Shown here one piece after another: positions 50,807-64,000 of a stretch of DNA of 64,000 nt; the stretch's first letter is position 1; every line of letters starts with the position of its first letter. The notes under the pieces are model-generated. The model did not search any database. It was not told where the DNA came from and saw nothing but the letters and a program-made list of their open reading frames with translations. Position numbers and translations under genes: made by a program. Origin of the DNA: Octopus sinensis (Eukaryota). The stretch lies in contig NC_042997.1 of the NCBI RefSeq assembly GCF_006345805.1, positions 59,830,001 to 59,894,000 of the forward strand, written 5' to 3'.

Positions 50807-52814
50807 CCTGCGTGTATACATATATATATATATATATATATATGTATACACGCACCACGCACACACACATGTATGTATATATACATATACATATACGCAC
50901 TCACACACATACACACACACTCACACACACACATATATATATACTTACATATATTTACACATATATATGCATATATCTATATCTATCTATCTATCTATCT
51001 ATATACCTATAAAGATATGTATTTATTTATTTATATCGATATATAAACAAATACACATACATACAGATATATACACATATGTAGGTACGTGTATGTATGT
51101 ATGTATGTGTATATACATACGCACGCACACACACACACAACCACACACACACACAATATATTTGTACACACGTGTTAAATTATAAGGCATATATATATAT
51201 ATATATATATATACACTATATTTACACATCTGCTTAATTATTACAGTCGAGCAATTATTTTGATAAAGTTGATAGTTAAAAGCGTCACTCGTTTGTTCAG
51301 TTAACATTTTTCAAGGGATATTGCCTTTTAAGGAGGTGACAGATTAAATAAAAGAAATCTACCATGGGAATCAATGTTAAACATAATGGTTCTCTTTTCT
51401 GGTAAGCAGTTTATACAATCAGCTGGTAAGTTACAAAACCTAATATGGGAACCTTAGGAAGCTGTAAGCCATGTAAACCATACCTCACATATGTATGTAT
51501 GTATGGTTTGTATGTATATATGATGTATGTATGAATGCATGTAATTATACATGCATGTACATATGAATGCAGTGCGTATATTCCTATGTTTATTTGCAAG
51601 TATTCAAGTATTCAAGCTTATAATTTGCTTCGGGCGTCTTTTTAATTCCACCGAAATTTCTCTCACCCCATATATTTTTCTTTGTCTTCCCCGCATCTCT
51701 GCAGTTAAGATACCTTTCAACCCTACTTACACAATCCCTTATGCTGTTTATGCTTCTCGCCCTACGTTCGTCTGCCTGTTAGCTGTCTGGTTATCTGTTC
51801 ATCTTTCTCTTTATTACTCACTGTGTATGTTACCGGTGCTATTTTATCTCTGTATTGCTGTTGTTGTGGCAGATGATGTTACTGCCGTTGCTGCTGTTGT
51901 CCCTGCTTCCGCTCCCGCTCCCGCTCCCGCTCCCGCTTCTGTCGTTATAGTCGTTGATTATGAAGATAATGATAACTACAATACTGTTCTCAATCTTCTT
52001 TCTCGTCAGGCTTATTTAATAAGCTCATCGCTGAATATTTTCAACAACACTGATCACCCCCACAGATCCTCTCTCATCACCACATTTTTCACATGCTTAT
52101 TAGCGGACATGCATGGTCGTATATGTATCACAAAATACATAATCCCATTATGTATCCATCCATCCATCCATCCATCCATCCACCCATCCATCCATCCATC
52201 CATCCATCCATCCATCCATCCATCCATACGCACATACATACATATATGCTTTCTAAAACGCACACATCTGGGTCTGTCGCAAGTCAACCAACACGTGAAA
52301 ATGTAACTCTTTTTTCAAAAATTCTTCCTTGATAAAATACCCAATTAACCAATTTCAATATGAAAATTTAGATTAAATTAACACACACACACACAGAGAC
52401 ACACACACAGACACACACACACTCACACACATACACACACACACGCACACACACACACGCACACACTCACACACACACACACACACAACACGCACACACA
52501 CGCACACACACACACACTCACACACTCACACACACAGATAGATATAAATATATTTTTCATGTGTTTTTAGGTATGTACCCTTATCCCCATATGTACATGA
52601 GTACACAGGCACCCAGATATGTACTGTACTAATGATGACAAGTCACCGATATCAAGATTTTTGCATTTGTTTCTACCACATTCCTGAGAAATAAATTCTG
52701 TTAATTCCACTCCAAGACACCCTAATTACTTTTAGGCTTGCAGGATAAAACAGTTTCCTTTTCTTTTTTCTACCGAACATAAAATCAATGTATGTGAGAC
52801 GTGTCAAAACGAAG

Positions 52815-52891
<77 letters not shown>

Positions 52892-52893
<2 letters not shown>

Positions 52894-53744
52894 GGGTGCA
52901 GTAAATAAACTGTCAAGTAGTTTTTTCATTTCGTGCATTGTTTGTTCTTGATTTCGTCGACTACACAGTACAGTAGGGTCAGCTGGGCACCGTCTGTGAG
53001 AAAAAAACAGCACCATGACGGAATTCAATCTGGTAGAGATTTGGAAGTGACATGCTGTACTGCTTGGTATTCGCGCCGAAAGCTCCAATATGAACATCTC
53101 AGAATGCTTGTGTGTCAGTCTGAGGACAGTGCAATCTGAGGACATATACCGAGAGTGATAAAAAAATCAAACATCCGGTAAACATAATGGTGTTTGAAGT
53201 GATGACTAGTGATGGTGGCGTTATACTTACGTTCATCTTCCTACACGACCTCAGATTAAACGCGGAGGCTCACATAAAGTTCTTGGAGGAGGTATTGCTC
53301 CCCTGGGTCAAGAAGATGGCCACTGGAAGACTCTATGGCGGGCCACGGGACTCTGCACCATGCCAAACAAGCAGTACCCAGTCATGACTGTCAGACAATT
53401 TCTGCGACCACATTATCCCTAACATCTGGCGACCTAACTCCCCAAACAGTAAACTCCTTGATTATTATGTGTGGGGCTTTGTCGAGTGAGAGGCCAACAA
53501 AACTTTTTGTAACATCAAAGATGAACTGAAGGCAAGGATTATAGTAGCATTCACCAACTTAAACAAGAAACCGCCCAGAAGAGTTGCAGGAGTTGAAGCC
53601 AATGGCGATTTTATTGTGTAAATTTACACTTTAATATTTCAAGATATTTTTACGTAATTTTTGGAAATATATCTGTTAAAATGAGATGTCAGTGTTATTT
53701 TCCTTTTTGTGTAATTTAGAAGACAGTTTATTCATCGCACCTTG
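52892..53744 (+). mobile_element. Tc1/mariner DD37D (maT)-like transposon, internally deleted and decayed
   Basis: TIRs cagggtgcagtaaataaactgtc / gacagtttattcatcgcaccttg. Remnant KHPVNIMVF..MTSDG...VLLPW...DSAPC...W.PNSP...LDYYVWG, with ~36-37 residues between the last two Asp. Confidence 0.88.
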
Positions 53745-53883
53745 TGTGTATGTATGTATGTATGTATGTTGTATGTATGTATGTATGTATGTATGTATGT
53801 ATGTATGTATGTTTGTACGTATGTATGTATGTATGTATGTATGTATGTATGTATGTATGTATGTATGTATGTATGTATGTATG

Positions 53884-53965
<82 letters not shown>

Positions 53966-54051
53966 ACTAATGTAAGATAAAATTTGTTTCGAAAAAATGT
54001 TTATCAATGGCCAGCACATCAAAAAATACCTTTAAAGGTTAATTTATAAAT

Positions 54052-54198
54052 AACTTACAAAATAAGGGCAAAAGAAAAATTTTAATGCCAAATATGCCGA
54101 AAAAAAAGACGCATGAATTATAATGGTTATTGACAATTTTATCTTTTTTTCGGCATATTTGGCATTAGAATTTTTCTTTTGCCCTTATTTTTTAAGTT
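54052..54198. repeat. Inverted repeat with ~57-bp arms and ~32-nt loop, next to (TA)n
   Basis: 54052-54109 is a near-exact reverse complement of 54142-54198. Confidence 0.9.
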
Positions 54199-54236
<38 letters not shown>

Positions 54237-54239
54237 GTG

Positions 54240-54314
<75 letters not shown>

Positions 54315-54629
54315 CTGTACACCACAGGCACACACTTGCTCAAGCACCATGAAAATTAAAATTCTTTAGTTACCTAAACGTTTTAGTTTTAACTTAGTTA
54401 TCTATTTCAAAACGCATATATAGGCTTTTTGGGAGTAAAACTAGATGGGTGTACATTAAACTTTTGGTAACACAGCATAAGTATAGAACTTTCGTAATTC
54501 CTAGACAAAATTCGATCTGTAATACTGGGAATAAATTGTTCCTAATCATATGGAAAATGCCATCAGTTCACACAAATCCGGCATGATTTACGTATTGTTC
54601 TTATCACGAACGGAACAGAAAAATTGAAA

Positions 54630-54765
54630 GGACAAGGCTGTGTGGTTAAGAAGCTTGCTCTGCAAGCACGTGATTTCAGATTCAGTTCCACTATAGCAGC
54701 TCTGGGCTGACCAACGCCTTGCGAGTGAATTTGGTGAATAGAAACTGCGTGGAAACCTGTTGTAC
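54630..54765 (+). mobile_element. Truncated copy of the 55092 SINE family
   Basis: ggctgtgtggttaagaagcttgct...gccttgcgagtgaatttggtga. Confidence 0.8.
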
Positions 54766-54784
54766 ACACACACACATACACACA

Positions 54785-55002
54785 CGAGGGGGTGCCGAAA
54801 AGTTCCTAGCTTTAAGGACATCGCGAAAGGCCTGGTTGGAGCCTCAACCTTCAGAGTTCTTTTACAAGCCTTAGAAAAACTGAAGGACCGTAGCAATAAA
54901 TGTGTGAATCTGAGAGAGGAATATGTTGAATAAAATTATAATTAACTGATCGTCCTGGATTTTCTATAACCCAAAGCTAGGGAGTTTTCAGCCCCCGCCT
55001 CG
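54785..55002 (+). mobile_element. Mariner-derived MITE
   Basis: Imperfect TIRs cgagggggtgccgaaaagttcctagcttt / aaagctagggagttttcagcccccgcctcg. Retains the transposase C-terminus LEKLKDR.NKCVNLR.EYVE*. Confidence 0.85.
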
Positions 55003-55091
55003 TATGTATGTATGTATGTATGTATGTATGTATGTATGTATGTATGTATGTATGTATGTATGTATGTATGTATGCATGCATGTATGTATAT

Positions 55092-55470
55092 AGACGCAGG
55101 AGTGGCTGTGTGGTAAGTGGCTTGCTTACCAACGACATGGTTCCGGGTTCAGTCTCAATGTGTGGCATCTTGGACAAGTGTCTTTTACTATAGCTTCGGG
55201 CCGACCAGGGCCTTGTGAGTAGATTTGGTAGATGGAAGCTGAAGGAAGACCGTCATATATATATATGTGTGTATACGTTTCTATGTCTGTGTTTTTCCCC
55301 TCCAACACCGCTTGACAACCGATGCTGGTGTGTTTACGTCCCTGTAACTTAGTGGTTCGGCAAAAGAGACAGATAGAATAAGTCCTGGGGTCGATTTGCT
55401 CGACTAAAGGCTGTGCTCAAGCATGGCCACAGTCAAATGACTGAAGCAAGTAAAAGTATAAAAGAATAAA
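55092..55470 (+). mobile_element. Near full-length tRNA-derived SINE with internal microsatellite
   Basis: Head gcaggagtggctgtgtggtaag, gggttcagtc, CORE-like cttggacaagtgtctt, tail gactgaagcaagtaaaag. Confidence 0.9.
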
Positions 55471-55481
55471 AAAATATCTAT

Positions 55482-55556
<75 letters not shown>

Positions 55557-56754
55557 ATGTGATTTAGATTCAGTTGAATTAGGCACTTAAATTGAGTCGC
55601 CTTGTTAGGACGAACTTATTTGTACACTCCGACAGTATTAGGTGAGTATCAAACTCTACATTGAATTTTTTTCCATCTGATATTCATGCAGTGTATGCAG
55701 ATGGTAAGAGAATAAATCCGCTCTTGTTTGTTCAAACATGTACTTTACATAAAGATACTTTCCAAAATGTAGATTCCTGGATAGGTGAGTAAAATATAGA
55801 GTGAGTAAAATATAGATGAGTAAAAAAAGACTCTTATACATCTTTTAACTCATTTATATTTTACATATACATATATATTTACGTGTGTGTGTGTGTGTGT
55901 GTGTGCATGTGTGTGTTGGATCAGCTGACTTTCTGAAACGGAGCTGATGCTATATAAAACTGAATACAGAATATCTAATTAGACACGCAGTGCTCTCCAG
56001 CATAATTGCTAAAATTAATTTTGTCTCTTGATTCCAATTTTTAATTCAGAAGTTTATAAAATGTTTTATATACTGAGTAGTTTTCATGACTTTATATAAA
56101 AATAATTTTGTACAACGTATTTTCATTTAAAGATGAAATGAACCTTTTCTATTTATTTTATGTATTTTATTTATTTCGGTCTTGGCCAGCTTTTAAAATA
56201 ATTTTTATATGCTAAAAGGAAAACTTCTTTGTTGTTTTAAAACAGGCTATCGAAAATATATTGCCTTTAATATGCAGCTGTTTTAAGACATTTAGCTGCA
56301 GTATGAATCGCAGTATGAATCGCTGGGAAAGTAATTTAGTTGATTTCATAGCACCAAGTTTGAAGCCGTAACTTGAGGCAAAATGTCTGCTTGGTTCTGA
56401 GAGCTGACAGACTGAATAAATATTTTAACAACAGATGCAAATATAGGAGGTATTTTCGAAAAAAAAAAAGGCTAAATTATTGTATGCAAGTAATATTTTC
56501 GGGAAACTTAAGATGGCGAGTATTTTAGGTGAAGAGATCAACCCCGGGCAAGCTGAGAAAAGGCGTGAATCTTATGATATATTTCTCAAAATATAAAAAA
56601 CATTTGCTTTGCAAAAAGAAAGAGATACACTAAAAGTTTAAGTACTCCCATGGAGAAAGCGTCCACATTCTTTGCAGTATTACCTCTAGTTGTTTTAAAC
56701 CAATAAGTCACACTCAAACATTACGCCACAAAACCAGCCCTATACTCACAAAAC

Positions 56755-56795
<41 letters not shown>

Positions 56796-58861
56796 TATAT
56801 ATTATATATATATATAATATGAAGATATAGATGAATACATATATATATATTCGTTTATTCTAAAGAAAATTTATTCTTGGCATCACTTCAACATCCTTCA
56901 GGATACTAAAGAACATTACACTTGAAGAACGTGATTCATGGAAAATCCAATGTGACGATAAAGTTTAGGCTTCAAATAAATGTATGCAAGAAACCAAGCA
57001 ATGTTTCAAATACTGTTGCATTGTTAGTATACTCGATAATACAAGGATGAAACCGAAAACAGAAAGAAAATAGAGATGAAAAGGTAAAAAAATGTTTACC
57101 AAAAGAAAAAGTAGACAGATGAGACGTGAGAAAGAAAACGAAATGTTTGTGGTTTTTAAGCTAGGATTATTTAAAGAAAAGTACATGCGAAGAAAACCTG
57201 TGGATTGTTAGATTTCTAATCCCAATTTATATTCATTACGCACACATGTACACACAAACATATACTGTGTTCTTAAAACAAATTCTCATATATTATTTAC
57301 ATTAAGTTCCATCCTTACATTTGAACTAAGTTATCGGACAAAAATAAGAAAAAAAAATAATATAAAAAGATCCAAAATTAGGACACAAAGCACGAATGAA
57401 CAAAAGATGTTTCACCATCGTATTCTTTTGAGCTTTTTGTTCTTCATACTTAGAAATAACATTTATCAAGGGTTTGTATGATATATTTAGATTTCTATTA
57501 AACTTTGAAACAAAGACTCGTAGAAAATCATTTGAATATACTTTTTTGTATTAGATTTATTTGAATAGCTTCAATACAGAATAGTCCTACTGTACAAAGG
57601 ATGCTGCTGGTTGATAGAGATAGATGAGAATTTAAATAAGGAAGGAAATATCTCTAGGAATGCAAGCTGAAGCATGAGAGATACCACCCATGTTGGATGC
57701 TTGAAACCTTTTAAGTTATCTTCTTAATTTCTATTAAAACAACAATCTCATGCTGATGTCGTATATGTACTACTTCCTTTCAAATTAGTGGAATGATTCA
57801 GGCAAAAGGACTGTAAAACTTCGTTTACTTTATTTACTTTTTGCTTATTAATAGGGAAGTAAGTTTATGCAAAATAAAGATAAAATTATTTTGTTTCTTT
57901 GCTAACAAGATGAAATATTGCCTTCAAGAATTTACAAATGTGCATATTCTGATGAACAAAGAGTGTTTTTTTTTATCACGCGGCTGTATAATTTTCTGTT
58001 CCCGCAACCTGTTCTGAATTGTTGAAAGAATTTCCTTCCAAGAGACTAATTGCATAATTTGAAGTGAGGAAGGGTAGGTTAAGTTAATTTTCCGTCTTTA
58101 TTCGCTTTGCTGGAAGATGGTTTGTTTATATTAAAGAGAAGAAATAGAGATATTTCTGTTTAGGGGACTCCAGATGAAACATTAAATTTCAGTAAAAATA
58201 CACTTAATTGCTGCTCTCATTTCCAAACAACTAAAACTTATAGTGGCATAATTGAAAATATTTTTCATTAATACTCATTTCACTAAATACAAAAATATTT
58301 GGACTGAAATGTAAAATGTATCAAATACCTAGAAGAAATTGTAGACCTTAATATAATCTCTTAATTTAGTATATTTTACTTTCTTTTCCAAATGCTTACT
58401 GCCTTACTTTCTTATTTGTATTTTCCATACTAAATCTTCATAAAGACAACACGATAAAAATGTTTTATTGATTACTTTAGATCTTGATAATAACACATAT
58501 TCAAATTAAGTATATAGAGGAACAACTTATATTTATTATGGTATGATTGGTAACATACCATAATAATATGTAATTGGTCGGGTGTTCATTCCTAAATGGG
58601 TTTCTTTTTTCTCCTTGAATAGATAAACAAATTTCGTATAACCTATTACGTTGTTAAAAGTTTGAATATTTAATAGATTTAACTATCATAAAATATTTAA
58701 TAAAGAGATAGGTGTTGTTATATATTCTATTGGATTACAAATAAGAATAGAAACTCTGGCTCTTGACACATGTTTGAATGTAGCAAGAACGACTGTGTTG
58801 AAGTAATTAAATTAAGAGTACATCGGTACAAAACAACAAAGTTAAATCGGGACAAACTTAC

Positions 58862-58980
58862 CTTGGCCAATAGAGACACACCAAGAAGGTTGGCTCATTA
58901 ATTACTTTTCCGTTTCCAAGATTAAGGGTAGGACACTGACGGATACTACAACCAAAAGAGGTGGTATTGTCCCAGAGCAT
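58862..58980 (-). CDS. CAP-superfamily gene, internal exon A (C-terminal part of CAP domain 1)
   Basis: Acceptor ttttatttctttcacag, donor gtaagt; 119 bp, phase 0 to 2. Translates MLWDNTTSFGCSIRQCPTLNLGNGKVINEPTFLVCLYWP, matching the CAP pattern vW..T..vGC....C...vC.Y.P. No convincing upstream exon was found inside the window. Confidence 0.92.
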
Positions 58981-59533
58981 CTGTGAAAGAAATAAAATTA
59001 AAAATAGATTGTTGAAGAGTAAAATTTAATTGCTGTATTTTACATTTTGTTTTCACCATGTGTTATTCCTATGTTACTCTTTCATACACTGAGGTGTCTT
59101 TGAAGTTGATATATTCATAAAATTTAGTTTTTCCTTGGATGTGATATATCAACGAGTCACAAATTTACATTGCGCTGTTGTATACAGAAATTAATGATGC
59201 CTCTAGGATTCTGCAAGTTTTTCCAGTTTTTGGATTGATCTAATTGTTTACATGTGTATTTTAGTTTAGATTTCAACCATAGAAATAAGAATATGTGTGA
59301 ATTTTGTTCCATATTTAATAATAGAGTATAACATGAAGCAATTATTAATTGTATTCATCAAAACTGTAACAGTTGTGAATAAAGTAGGTCAATAATTTGA
59401 TCTTTGCATCTAATTATTATTCTTCCTTAGTTTATATGGTGTTAACATGTTGGAATCGATGCATCTCACCTCTGAAATACACCTTATCTTTGAGGGATTT
59501 TTTACTATTTGGGCTCATAAATGTATATGTATT

Positions 59534-59611
<78 letters not shown>

Positions 59612-60042
59612 GTTCTCGATTATATGTCGGTTTAAAAAAATGATATATGGAAAAATAAAAATCAAGTTAAGTCATGTCCGCCACAAATATTCAAATCGTA
59701 AAATCACTAGGAAACCGTTAAAAGCACATAAAAATCATGTTGCTGTTCAATGAATAAGAATAAAAGCATATAAAATCTTATTAAAATGGTACAGTAAATG
59801 TTAAGATACACACCATAAAGTAGTGTAGCGTAGTGAAAGAAATCATGAAATCAGCTGTGTTGTCTTATTTATTGATCTTTCGGAACTCACATTGCGTTGT
59901 AGTTCCAATATATACCGTTTAGGCGTCGTTGTCCCTTGTGATTCCCGCGATTGTTTTGAATTCAGATTTGTTTACGTCTGTTTATCGGCTAATTTCTCAT
60001 TCTCATTCATTTGTAACTTTATCTTTTTGCCTCCCCAACCCC

Positions 60043-60656
60043 ATGGCTCCTAAGAAAATTCATAGTGAAAGTGCTAAGCGTCAGGCTATAACGCTGGAAG
60101 ATAAACTGGCTATGATAAAACGCCATGAAAAAGTGGAAAAGTGGTAGCAATTGCACGATCTTTTGGAATGAATCGGACAATTGTATTGACGATTGTACAT
60201 TAGAAGGATAAAGTTTTAACACATATCAAATCTAAAGCATCAAGGATGAAGAACACTGTCATCAATAAGAAAAGAGGCAAAATCTTTGAAGAAATGGGAA
60301 GTCTTCTTTCTCCATGGATTGTTATGTTGGAGGAGGAGGATTTTACAGATTTATCTGAAAAAGGCAAACAGCCCCCGACAAACAATGATTTGATAGAACT
60401 TCACGAACAGCAAAACAAAGAAGAAGAGGTAGTCGAATCTGAGCCACGTCACTTTACAATTCAGAAAATGCAGCAAGCATTTGCATATATCGAAAAAGGT
60501 CTTTCTATGTTCGAGGATATGGATCCAAATGCTCAACGCTTTTCCAAGATTATGGGGGATTGTCACGAAGCTTTTGCTCCTTATAATGTAATCTTTGAGG
60601 AAAAGAAGACAGTTCAAGGAACTCTCAACCGGTTTTTTATGCGCATCGAACAATAA
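60043..60656 (+). mobile_element. Tigger/pogo transposase relic with the DDE domain deleted
   Basis: MAPKK...KRQAITLEDKLAMIKRHE-GKVVAIARSFGMN..I.TI (CENP-B-type HTH) joined to a Tigger1-like C-terminus T..DL.EL...FEDMDPN..RF.K...Y..I.EEKK..Q..L..FF; one frameshift and one stop. Confidence 0.9.
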
Positions 60657-60748
60657 AAACAGCCAGAGTCAGTTGTTGATGTTGACGATACACAGCCATC
60701 TACATCGTGTCTCCTGGAACTAATTAACGACGTAGGGTGAAGTATGCT

Positions 60749-60809
<61 letters not shown>

Positions 60810-61709
60810 GCACATATATAAATATATGCGCGCGCGTGTGTGTGTATGTGTATGTATATGCATATATATATATTTATTTATTTATTTGCACATACGTCTA
60901 ACTAGTCGAAAATATATCATCTTGATTACATCACCAACAGTTACAAACTGCCTGACATCATAAAACATTGGGGAAACATTACGTAGGGAATATCTGAGTA
61001 ATGGAGAAACCTGCCATGGTAGCAATTAAATGATATATATATCTTAAGAAATCTTATATATTTCTCTGAGATGCTATCTATAAAATCACGAAAGTTTATG
61101 CAGTATATTTGGTCTATAGACATGTATTCATTTAGATACATAATGTTGGGTCTTGTAACTCATGCTAAACGCTTTGACTATCCCAGTCAATTGAACATTA
61201 AACCTCAGTTATCTCACACAATTATCTTGAGTCTTCTTTGTTTAAAGGGTTCCAGTAACGACATATGCTCTCCCCTTACTCTTCAGACAAACGAATTCAT
61301 AGTAGAAAAATAATACTACGGTATTTGCCTGGAGAGGAATTTTCATATGCGCACATAGTGAGTAAAAGCATACATATACATATCATTAACAGACAAGAAT
61401 TATTTGCTACGGGCGCCGGAACTACCTGATCATTTGGTTTCCACATACTGCGTCCACTCGGTGCATATCAGCCAAATTTCTCTGCCAACGCTATATAAAA
61501 TTGACAGCGACTTTCAGGCACTATTGTTGTAAATAGATAGCAGAGTTATTACAAATAGTTATTAGCAACAGAAGCGGTATTAATACCAAAAAGCAATCTT
61601 TATATTCACCTCAACGTAGGTGATTTGTAAGAAAGTCGAATACTGTGCTATTGACCTTGAGATGACTTCTCTTAAGGACGCATGGTGCATAAACACACAG
61701 ACACGCACG

Positions 61710-61776
<67 letters not shown>

Positions 61777-62067
61777 ACACACACACAAACACACACACAT
61801 CGTTGGTAGACGAGAATCGTCTTCTACGGGCGTCGGAACTGCCACATAACGTAATTTCGATGTACTGCGTCTCTACAGTGAGAACTGTTCGCTCGTCACA
61901 CACCAGCCAAATCTCACTGTCAACGATATGTAGAATCACTGTACATAAATACAAACCTACACACACACACACACACATACACACATGCGCACACACATAC
62001 ATGCATATAAACAATATATACATACACGTACGCAAACACTCACACACATACATACACACACACACAC

Positions 62068-62123
<56 letters not shown>

Positions 62124-62356
62124 ATAGAAATATTAAAATTACTAAGTCTCTCTAAAAGTGTGAAGCGGCTGACCTCCCTTGTTCGCAGGTTATAATGGAC
62201 ACAGTTTGTGTGTCAAATAGCTATCTTAAGGCGATGGCCTCATGGAGCTAATCAGCGACAGCTTTTAGTCTTACATCTATAAGACTGCCATATTAATATG
62301 GCGATAACAATTAATATATATATATATATTATATATATATATATTATATATATATA

Positions 62357-62922
62357 TTGGGTTGTCCGGAAAGTTCGTGCCGATTTATAGTAGCTTATCT
62401 TTCGACTTATTTTAGAACATGGTTGAGTCCATGAAATAGGATTTGACTACACCTCCATTTAGAGCACAGTTTAAGCAATCTTTTCGTGGAAGAAGGTTTA
62501 TGTTCCTATAACCTGTGTTAATTCTGTAACCCTTTAAATTGGAAGATAAGAAAGTTCATTTTCGGCACTTGATGCTTTGGGAACCAAACAAAAATTGCTG
62601 CAGCTCGGCTGTGATGTGTTACCCCACCCTCCATATTCACCAGATATTGCTCCTTCGGATTTCCACCAATTCAGGGCTCTGTAGAATAGTCTTAATGGTA
62701 AAAATTTCAATTACTTGAATGACGTAAAAAGATACCTTGATGAATTATTTGCCATGAAACCACCTCAATTCTGGGAAGAGGGTATTTTCAAGTTAAAAGA
62801 AAGATGGAGACGCATTGTACAACAAAATGGTTCATATTTGGTTGATTAAAAATGTAATGGCAAATATTTTTTGACATTTTTCTTTCCTTTAAAAATCGGC
62901 ACGAACTTTCCGGACAACCCAA
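62357..62922 (+). mobile_element. Mariner (DD34D) internal-deletion derivative
   Basis: Perfect ~30-bp TIRs ttgggttgtccggaaagttcgtgccgattt. N-terminal EDKKVHFRHLMLWE is fused to C-terminal LPHPPYSPDIAPSDFH...GIFKLKERW...NGSY. Confidence 0.95.
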
Positions 62923-64000
62923 GACATACATGTATATGTGCATGTATGTGTGCGTCTGTTTGCATGTTTTCTATGAGTATGTCTGAGTAGGGCGGCAAAG
63001 AGGCAGACGTATTAGTTGCTATCGCTGATCTCTCTCTCTTTCTTTATGTTATTAATTTAAATTCCTAACTTAGGAGCTGAGAAAAATTATGCATTGTCTC
63101 ACAAAATGGCGCCTTTCCACACTCGGTTGTTATTTCTTCCATTTCATATGCTCCAGGACGTCTGACTTTAACAAATTGTAACTGATATCCATGGAGTTTT
63201 TCAATTATCGTATATTTACAATACTAAACTGAAAATGTACACACGTTCTCGCATTAGTTCAACCTACGAAGAGGAAATATGTAACATATGGTTCTCTTCA
63301 AATCACTGTATTTGTTAAACTACTAACATTTACCTAGTTCTGTAAATGATAACAAATACCTATAAGCTATTTTTGGAACTAAAATTGTTCCTGATAATAA
63401 TAATATTTTTATATTATCACAATATTCCAAGTATAATTACGATGATACAGAAAAATCAAGTTATAGTGTGTTTTTAGAAATGAGGAAGTAGAAATATGTT
63501 AAAGTAGAACACTAGTCAATTGCTCTTTCCGCTGAACATACGGATATTTTTCCGTCTTATCTTTACGAATAAGAGTTTATAGTATTATATAGAATTATGT
63601 TAAATACTTTGGAGAATCTATCTCCTTACAGATTTCAACTTAAATACCAACACAATATTTTGAGATCATTTGTTAAGTAATCGTGTAAGATATAAAATTA
63701 TTGTAAGTTATTTGACCATTTTATAATTCCAGCTAAATGATATCCATGAATAGCCTCATTACTACTTTCTATAAATCTATCTTTTCCAATTATATAATTT
63801 CACAACAAAATGTCAGCTAAAATAATTCACAGAGTTTTTCCAATTCTGATTTAGAGCTTACATTGGTCGAGCAAGAAACAAGCCTCAGTCAACAACTACC
63901 GGGTATATATATTTGCCCATTATTCATTTTATCATTAAAAAAAAGTATTACGTTTTGGTTAATGAGAGTTTACCGGTTGACTGTTACATTTATTGATAAT

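Noticed and set aside
51551-52306. Longest ORF in the track (251 aa)
   Set aside because: Low-complexity and repeat-derived (PA, HPSI repeats), with no recognisable domain or splice context.
60983-61042. Possible upstream CAP1 exon (NCYHGRFLHYSDIPY, HYTQ-like)
   Set aside because: Weak acceptor, single Cys, wrong spacing to the following MLW; the real upstream exons probably lie outside the window.

Overview
Very AT-rich, microsatellite-laden metazoan genomic DNA. The SINE, mariner and Penelope repertoire and the compound (TA)n/(CA)n/(TATG)n tracts suggest an octopus genome (inference). Nearly all ORFs in the supplied track are artefacts of simple repeats or transposon relics. Reading splice signals on the minus strand gives one real split gene across most of the window: a CAP-superfamily (SCP/Tpx-1/Ag5/PR-1) gene whose 5' exons lie beyond base 64000. 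Seven phase-compatible exons (58862-58980, 35310-35401, 24827-24937, 24182-24261, 23856-23981, 17041-17154, 13871-13954) encode the end of CAP domain 1, a Cys-rich hinge, a basic linker ending RRLRR-Q, and a second divergent, hinge-less CAP domain. The terminal exon is present twice because of a near-perfect ~839-bp tandem duplication. The introns contain Penelope-like element relics with two well-formed type I hammerhead ribozymes on the gene's sense strand, one decayed hammerhead and several long fold-backs. The window also holds mariner, maT, Tigger and piggyBac derivatives, LINE relics, a Gypsy gag relic and many tRNA-derived SINEs. No database searches or folding programs were run; all calls come from reading the sequence by hand.
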